This document shows positions 50,516-56,154 of a stretch of 56,154 nt of DNA, one piece after another. The DNA is taken from positions 1-56,154 of the forward strand of contig WJIQ01000238.1 of assembly GCA_014730255.1 (NCBI GenBank). The letters run 5' to 3'. The stretch comes from a bacterium (GTDB lineage: Bacteria > Krumholzibacteriota > Krumholzibacteriia > LZORAL124-64-63). The translations under genes were made by a program, and so were the position numbers. Numbering within the stretch: the first letter of the stretch is position 1; every line of letters starts with the position of its first letter. Under the pieces are notes generated by a model that did no database searches, was not told the origin of the DNA, and saw only the letters and a program-made list of their open reading frames with translations.

Positions 50516-53112
50516 GCATGGGCGGCGTGACCGGATCCCGGCTGGTGATCGTGACCCTGCTGCTGCTCGCGCCGCTGGCCGGGCGCGCCGAACTGACCTG
50601 CCGCGCGACCGTCGACCGCGACGAGGTCGCGCCCGGCGGCCAGGTCGTCCTCACCCTCGAGGCGAGCACCGACGCGGGTGATCAGCCGCGGCACACGAGG
50701 CCCCGGATCGCCGGCGTCGAGGTGGTGCCCGGGGGGTCGAGCCAGAGCGTGCGGATGACCAACGGCCGGACCGAGCACACCGTGGCCGTGACCTATTACC
50801 TGGTCGTCCGCGGCGACGAGGACGTCCGCATCCCGGCGATCGAGTTCACGACCCGCGACGAGCGCTGCCGCACCGACCCCATCGACATCCGCGTCCGCGC
50901 CGCGGCCTCGCGGCGGGCGCCGCGCGGCGCCCCTCCCGCCACCGCGCCCGACGGGCGTGGGGGACCGGCGGCGCGCGGCTCCGGACCGCAGGCGGGCCGG
51001 TCCGGCGACGCCTACTTCATCACCCTGACCGTCGATCGCGACGAGGTCTGGGTCGGCCAGCAGGTGGTGGCCACCTTCCGCTTCCACCGTCGCCGCAATC
51101 CCTGGAACCAGCCCTCGTACACCGCGCCGCGGACCGAGGGATTCTGGCGCGTCGACCTGCCGCCGGAGCGGAACTATCGCACCACCATCGGCGGCACGGT
51201 CTACGACATCACCGAGATCCGCTACGCGCTGTTCCCCACCCGCGCGGGCGATCTGCAGATCGAGCCCGCGCGGCTGGAGATCGCCGGTGACCCGTTCGAC
51301 CGGCTCCTGGGCCGTCGCGGTCGCGGCACCGTGCGCCTGGAGACCGACCCGATCCCGATCACGGTCGAGGATCTGCCGACGCCGCGCCCGGCGGCGTTCA
51401 GCGGCCTCGTGGCCGACCGCGTGCGGTTCACCGCCACGGTCGACCGGGACACCGTCCCGCGGGGGGAGCCGCTGGCGCTCCGCCTGGCCGTCGAGGCCGA
51501 CGGTTTCCTGAAGAGCTTCGAGGGCGTGCCGCTGCCCGAGCCGGACGGCGTGCAGCTGCACGACGCGTCGGAGAACTACCGCGAGGACGTCAGCGGACCG
51601 CGCTACCAGGCGACCTTCGCGCAGGAGAAGGCCGTCGTGCCTCTGGAGGAGGGGACGCTCGACCTGCCGCCGCTCGAGCTGGTCTACTTCGACACGGGCC
51701 AGGGGCGCTACGCGACGGCCTCGACCCGCTTGCCCGCGGTCGTCGTCACGCCCAGCGACCGGCCCGTGGTCGGCGACGACCCCTCGGGATTCCGCCGCAC
51801 CGAGATCGAGCGGCTGGGCAACGACCTGGCGTTCATCCACCCCCTGACCGGACCGGCGGAGGGGCGGCGCCTCCCCGCGGTCGGCGGCGCCGTGTGGTGG
51901 TCGGTCCTGATCGTCCCCTGGATCGTGCTGGCGATCGAGCGCTGGCGCCTGCGGCGTGCGGACGCCGCCCGCCGCGACCCCGTCGGCCAGCGTCGCCGCC
52001 GGGCGCTCGGCAACGCACGCCGGCTGCTGGACGCGGCCGCGCGCGATGGGGACGTCGACGAGCTGGCGCGGGCGATCCGCACCTTCGTGGCCGATCGCAC
52101 GGGGCGCACGCCGGCGGCGATCACCGCGTCCGACGTCGGCCGCCTCGCCGCCATGGCGGGTAGCCGGGACGCCGGCGACCGTCTCGTGAGCATTCTCGAG
52201 ACCTGCGACCAGGCCCGCTTCGGCGGCCAGGATCGTCCCGACGTGGCCACCCTGGCCGCCGAGGCGCGTCGCCAGCTGCCACGGCTGGTGACCGCGGAGC
52301 GGTCCGCGCCGGCGGAGACGGCCGCGCGTCTCGTCCTGCTCGCCGTGCTCGTGCTGCCGGCCGGCGAGGCCGCGCTGGCCCAGCCGGCGGCCTCCGCCCC
52401 CGGCGTCGACCCCGCCCGCCTGATCGCCGAGGGCAACGAGGCCTACACCGACGGCGACCTCGAGCTCGCGCTGCGCCGCTACCGCGAGGCCCGCGACCTC
52501 GGCGCCGACGCGGCGACCCTGCACTACAACCTGGGCAACACCTACGCCCGCCGGGGGGAGCTCGGCCGGGCGATCGCGAGCTACGAGCGCGCGCTGCGCC
52601 GCACCCCGCGCGACGGCGACGTCCGCCGCAACCTCGCATGGGTGCGGTCGCACACGCGGGATCTCGAGCTCGCCGGGCAGGGCCTGCCGCCGGTGATCGC
52701 GCAGCTCGACCGGGCCGCCCACTGGCTCTCGGTGCGGGAGTGGGGGCTCGGCCTCGTCGTCCTCTCCTGGCTGCTGGCCGGCGCCGTGGCCTGGTCGTGG
52801 CGCCGTGCCGAGATGGACGGCGGCTGGCGCCGCCTGGTGATCGCCGCGGCCGTCGGCTGGCTGGCCGTCGCCCTGGTCACCGCGACGCGCTGGTACGAGG
52901 AGGAGTGGCGCGAGGCCGCCGTCGTGGTCGTCGACGAGGTCGAGGTCCGCAGCGGTCCGGCCACCACGTTCGGGGTCGTCTTCCGCATCCACGATGGACT
53001 GGCGCTGACCGTCCGCGGCGAGCGTGACGGCTGGAGCCGCATCGGCCTGGGCGGCGACTGGGTCGGCTGGGTCCCGTCGGGAACCCTCGAGCGGGTCGAT
53101 CAGGGCCGGTAG
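50512..53112 (+). CDS. BatD-like protein fused to BatE-like TPR + SH3b module
   Basis: BatD repeats (ATVDRDEV, VWVGQQV, YALFP); then GNEAY...YNLGN...YERALR...NL, two TMs and VRSGP...HDG...GWVP. The start could be 50509, 50512 or 50518. Confidence 0.85.
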   Translation: MSMGGVTGSRLVIVTLLLLAPLAGRAELTCRATVDRDEVAPGGQVVLTLEASTDAGDQPRHTRPRIAGVEVVPGGSSQSVRMTNGRTEHTVAVTYYLVVRGDEDVRIPAIEFTTRDERCRTDPIDIRVRAAASRRAPRGAPPATAPDGRGGPAARGSGPQAGRSGDAYFITLTVDRDEVWVGQQVVATFRFHRRRNPWNQPSYTAPRTEGFWRVDLPPERNYRTTIGGTVYDITEIRYALFPTRAGDLQIEPARLEIAGDPFDRLLGRRGRGTVRLETDPIPITVEDLPTPRPAAFSGLVADRVRFTATVDRDTVPRGEPLALRLAVEADGFLKSFEGVPLPEPDGVQLHDASENYREDVSGPRYQATFAQEKAVVPLEEGTLDLPPLELVYFDTGQGRYATASTRLPAVVVTPSDRPVVGDDPSGFRRTEIERLGNDLAFIHPLTGPAEGRRLPAVGGAVWWSVLIVPWIVLAIERWRLRRADAARRDPVGQRRRRALGNARRLLDAAARDGDVDELARAIRTFVADRTGRTPAAITASDVGRLAAMAGSRDAGDRLVSILETCDQARFGGQDRPDVATLAAEARRQLPRLVTAERSAPAETAARLVLLAVLVLPAGEAALAQPAASAPGVDPARLIAEGNEAYTDGDLELALRRYREARDLGADAATLHYNLGNTYARRGELGRAIASYERALRRTPRDGDVRRNLAWVRSHTRDLELAGQGLPPVIAQLDRAAHWLSVREWGLGLVVLSWLLAGAVAWSWRRAEMDGGWRRLVIAAAVGWLAVALVTATRWYEEEWREAAVVVVDEVEVRSGPATTFGVVFRIHDGLALTVRGERDGWSRIGLGGDWVGWVPSGTLERVDQGR

Positions 53113-53459
53113 ATCGCCTCGGCGGTCTCGCTCTCGCACACGGTCACGTCCACGAGCTGCGGCAGGTCGCCGCGGAGCTGGTCGTAGATGTACACGGCCA
53201 GCAGCTCGGCGGTGGGATTCTCCAGGCCGGGGATCTCGTTCAGCACCCGGTGATCGAACCGCTCCTTCAGGCTCGCGAAGGCGGCCTTGACCTCGGCGTA
53301 GTCCTGCACCCAGCCCAGCTCCGGGTCCAGCTCGCCCTCGAGGCCGAGGACGACCCGGTAGCTGTGCCCGTGCATGCGGCCGCACTTGTGGCCGGCGGGC
53401 ACGTTGGGAAGGTAGTGGGCCGCGTGGAAGTGGAACGCCTTGGTGATCCTCGCGCGCAT
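53100..53459 (-). CDS. queD: 6-carboxy-5,6,7,8-tetrahydropterin synthase
   Basis: FHAAH, KCGRMHGHSY, FDHRVLN, ENPTAE, CESET; GGAGG SD before ATG at 53459. Confidence 0.94.
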   Translation of the reverse strand: MRARITKAFHFHAAHYLPNVPAGHKCGRMHGHSYRVVLGLEGELDPELGWVQDYAEVKAAFASLKERFDHRVLNEIPGLENPTAELLAVYIYDQLRGDLPQLVDVTVCESETAEAIYRP

Positions 53460-53536
53460 GGCTCCTCCGCTCTGGCGGGCGCATTCGCAGCCTGAATGGC
53501 GGTTCCGGCACAACGGCCGGGCCGCCGCGGTGGCGA

Positions 53537-53566
53537 AACGTAAGCCTCCCCCGAAAAAACTGTCAA
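53537..53566 (-). promoter_or_regulatory. Putative sigma70 promoter of queD
   Basis: TTGACA-18 nt-TACGTT. Confidence 0.45.
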
Positions 53567-53635
53567 ACCCGGAGCGGCGCCTGCCGAAGAAGAGGGCAGG
53601 ACGACGGCGCGAACCACCAGCCGTGAAGGATCGTC

Positions 53636-55501
53636 GTGCCCGACCACACGAACGACCTCCAGCAGCTCCTCGGGTCGCTCGAGCGACTCAAGGACCGCGT
53701 GCAAGAACTGGACGCCCGGGCGGCGACCGGGGACACGGACCAGGCCTCCGGCCCGGCCGACCCCGGACGCGACCCCATGAGCCTGCTGCGCGCCTCGATC
53801 GACGAGATCGACGGCATCACCCAGGCCATCGACGTTCCGGGCGCGTTCACGCGGTTCGCCGCGCGCAGCGGCCTGCGCCTGCTGGTGCTCAAGCGCTGGC
53901 GTAGCGGCCTGCAGGTGGTGGCCGAGCGGAACGTGACCATGCCCGTCGAGGCCAAGCAGAAGCAGCCCAGCGGCAAGGCGCCCATCCCCTGCGACGAGGA
54001 CGACATCTTCGACGTCGTCGGGCGCGAGCGGCAGGTCTATGCCGGGCCGGTGCCGGTCAAGGCGTTCCCGCTGGACCTGACGCTGATGATGGGTCGCGGG
54101 GCGCAGAACCGGTCGGTGGTCATCTTGCCGCTGCCGGCCCGGGAGCGGTGGTCCACGTTCATCTACCTCGACGGTGACGAGAACCAGCGCGCGATGATCT
54201 CCGTGGCCGAGTTCCTGGCCCGCCACGCGGTCGATCGGCTGCGCCTGTTGCAGCTCGGCGAGGCCCCGGCCGAGGGGCAGGTGGCGGCCGTGCTCAAGCG
54301 CGAACTGCACCGTCGCGAGCAGGACCGCGGCCCGTCGGCCCCCGCCTCCGGACCACCCAGCCTCGGACCGCGCGAGCCCGCGCGGCGCGCGGATCCCCCG
54401 CCGGAGGGACCCGATCTGGAGATCGAGTGGCTCACGCCGTCGGACGAGGCCGAGGCGGAACCAGCGCGGCCGGTGAGCCGTGGCCAGCCCATGGACCTCG
54501 ACCCCAGCGAGCCGGTGCCCGACGCCGTGCCGCGCAGCGCCCGCATGGCGTGCCAGGCACGCGCCGAGGCCGACGCGATCGTCCAGGCCTGGGAGGACGT
54601 GGTGCTGGGCTCGAGCGGCGCGCATCACGCGGTCGACGAGGTGCGACCGGTGCCCGCGGCGCCCATGGCGCCCGAGGACATCCTGCACCAGAGCGGCGAT
54701 CTGCCGGCGATGCCCAAGGCCGCCCTGCACATCCTCTCGGTGATCGAGGACCCGCACACCACGGCCACCCGGCTGGAGAAGGCCGTGGCCATGGATCAGG
54801 CCCTGACCGCCAAGATCCTGCGCATCGCCAACAGCCCGTTCTACGGCGCGGTGCGCGAGATCAAGACCGTCAGCGAGGCCATCGTCCGCCTGGGATTCGT
54901 GACCATCCGCAACTGGACGCTCGTGACCGCGACCAAGTCGGTGTTCCTCGGCGCGGGCGCCGGCGTCCTGTTCCACAAGATCTGGCGCCAGTCGATCCTG
55001 ACCGCGATGGCCGCGCAGCTCGTGGCCCAGACCGTGCGCAAGAGCGAGCCGGAGACCGTCTTCGTCGGCGGCCTGATGCAGAACATCGGTCAGCTCGTGC
55101 TCGCGCGCAGCCAGCCCGAGCTCTTCCAGCAGGTCCTGAGCATCTCCGCCGAGGAGCAGCTGCCTTATTACGTGGTCGAGCAGGAGCTCCTGGGCTTCGA
55201 CCATGGCGATCTCGGCGCGCTCTTGATCAACGAGTGGAACCTGAGCGAGGACCTCGAGCAGGCCGTGCGCTGGCATCACCGCCTCGATCATCCGGACATC
55301 GTGTGCGCGGACATCGCCGCGATGGTCGCCCTCGGCGAGGAGCTGGCCGCCTGCTCCGGCAGCAGCGACGCCGACGAGGACCAGGAGCAGCCGAGCGAGC
55401 TGAGCCCGGCCGCCAGCCGGCTCGGCCTGTCCCTCGACGCGGTCGATCGCCTGCGCCGCCAGGCGCGCGAGCTGAGCATCGACCCCGGACTGTTCGCCTG
55501 A
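53636..55501 (+). CDS. HDOD domain protein with uncharacterised N-terminal domain
   Basis: LPAMP, DQALTAKILRIANSPFYG, VSEAIVRLG, GFDHGDLGALLINEWNL, VRWHH; GTG start. Confidence 0.85.
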   Translation: MPDHTNDLQQLLGSLERLKDRVQELDARAATGDTDQASGPADPGRDPMSLLRASIDEIDGITQAIDVPGAFTRFAARSGLRLLVLKRWRSGLQVVAERNVTMPVEAKQKQPSGKAPIPCDEDDIFDVVGRERQVYAGPVPVKAFPLDLTLMMGRGAQNRSVVILPLPARERWSTFIYLDGDENQRAMISVAEFLARHAVDRLRLLQLGEAPAEGQVAAVLKRELHRREQDRGPSAPASGPPSLGPREPARRADPPPEGPDLEIEWLTPSDEAEAEPARPVSRGQPMDLDPSEPVPDAVPRSARMACQARAEADAIVQAWEDVVLGSSGAHHAVDEVRPVPAAPMAPEDILHQSGDLPAMPKAALHILSVIEDPHTTATRLEKAVAMDQALTAKILRIANSPFYGAVREIKTVSEAIVRLGFVTIRNWTLVTATKSVFLGAGAGVLFHKIWRQSILTAMAAQLVAQTVRKSEPETVFVGGLMQNIGQLVLARSQPELFQQVLSISAEEQLPYYVVEQELLGFDHGDLGALLINEWNLSEDLEQAVRWHHRLDHPDIVCADIAAMVALGEELAACSGSSDADEDQEQPSELSPAASRLGLSLDAVDRLRRQARELSIDPGLFA

Positions 55502-55597
55502 TCCCGACGAAATCGGCCCGCCGGTTGATCCGTGGCCTGCGAGCGCGTACTCTCGTGGGTCCACGGCACCCGCCGCGACCACCGAGGTGAGCCATCC

Positions 55598-56154
55598 ATG
55601 ATGCAGATCGTCAAGGGGAGCACGGGCTGGATCGAGATCATCTGCGGCCCGATGTTCTCAGGCAAGAGCGAGGAGCTGATCCGCCGGCTCCGCCGGGCCC
55701 AGATCGCCCGCCAGCGTATCCAGTGCTTCAAGCACACCCTGGATGCGCGCTACGACACCGCGAGCATCGTCAGCCATAGCCAGCAGAGCCTGCCCTCGGT
55801 GGCGGTCTCCTCGGCGGCCCAGGTCTTCGCCGGCGTCGACGATCGGACCGAGGTCGTGGCCATCGACGAGGCGCAGTTCTTCGACCACGACCTCGTCGAC
55901 GTCTGCGCGCGGCTGGCCAACCGCGGCAAGCGGGTGCTCGTGGCCGGCCTGGACCTCGACTACCGCGGCGAGCCGTTCGGGCCGATGCCGCCGCTGCTGT
56001 GCCAGGCCGAGTACGTGAGCAAGCAGCTCGCCATCTGCATGGTGTGCGGCGATCCGGCGGGCTTCACCCAGCGGCTGACGCCGAGCCGGGACCAGATCCA
56101 GGTCGGGGCCACCGGCATGTACGAGGCGCGGTGCCGCCACCACTTCGAGGCGCC
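55598..56154 (+). CDS. tdk: Thymidine kinase, 3'-truncated by the window edge
   Basis: Read manually because it is absent from the ORF track (no stop): [53 protein letters not shown]. Confidence 0.95.
   Translation, partial: MMQIVKGSTGWIEIICGPMFSGKSEELIRRLRRAQIARQRIQCFKHTLDARYDTASIVSHSQQSLPSVAVSSAAQVFAGVDDRTEVVAIDEAQFFDHDLVDVCARLANRGKRVLVAGLDLDYRGEPFGPMPPLLCQAEYVSKQLAICMVCGDPAGFTQRLTPSRDQIQVGATGMYEARCRHHFEA

Noticed and set aside
53460-53536. preQ1 riboswitch upstream of queD
   Set aside because: No preQ1 stem-loop with the A-rich tail is visible in the leader.

Overview
Very GC-rich bacterial chromosomal region that is mostly core genes. A FlgD-Ig/CTD-type secreted protein, a MoxR-Bat operon and a DUF507 gene pair suggest an FCB-group-like lineage (inference only). 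In order it holds: the 3' part of tRNA-Lys(UUU); a chalcone-isomerase-like gene and a methyltransferase; a 1302-aa secreted TPR/DUF3857/transglutaminase-like protein; a small orphan gene; secreted PepF; a propeller-type lipoprotein; nadA; a short S1 protein; fpr; an Rrf2-sufCBD-Rieske-sufSU-sufT operon; a convergent hemE-hemN-hemH-hemG operon ending in a 1516-aa adenylation/GNAT protein; MFS and NSS transporters; ppx; initiator tRNA-Met; ftsB; eno; an ECF sigma/anti-sigma/membrane protein locus; a secreted zincin; TPR, TonB-C and TolB-like genes; a class II aldolase; a GT4; two DUF507 genes; moxR-DUF58-bat; queD; an HDOD protein; and a truncated tdk. Two observations stand out. (1) The orphan gene at 5597-5905 appears to read through an in-frame TGA (WDG-U-GC-TRIDYFS) that is followed by a SECIS-like hairpin, making it a candidate selenoprotein. 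(2) The giant gene coupled to hemG appears to join an acyl-CoA-synthetase domain, a kinase-like fold without catalytic residues, and a GNAT domain. No CRISPR array, integrase or transposase was seen.
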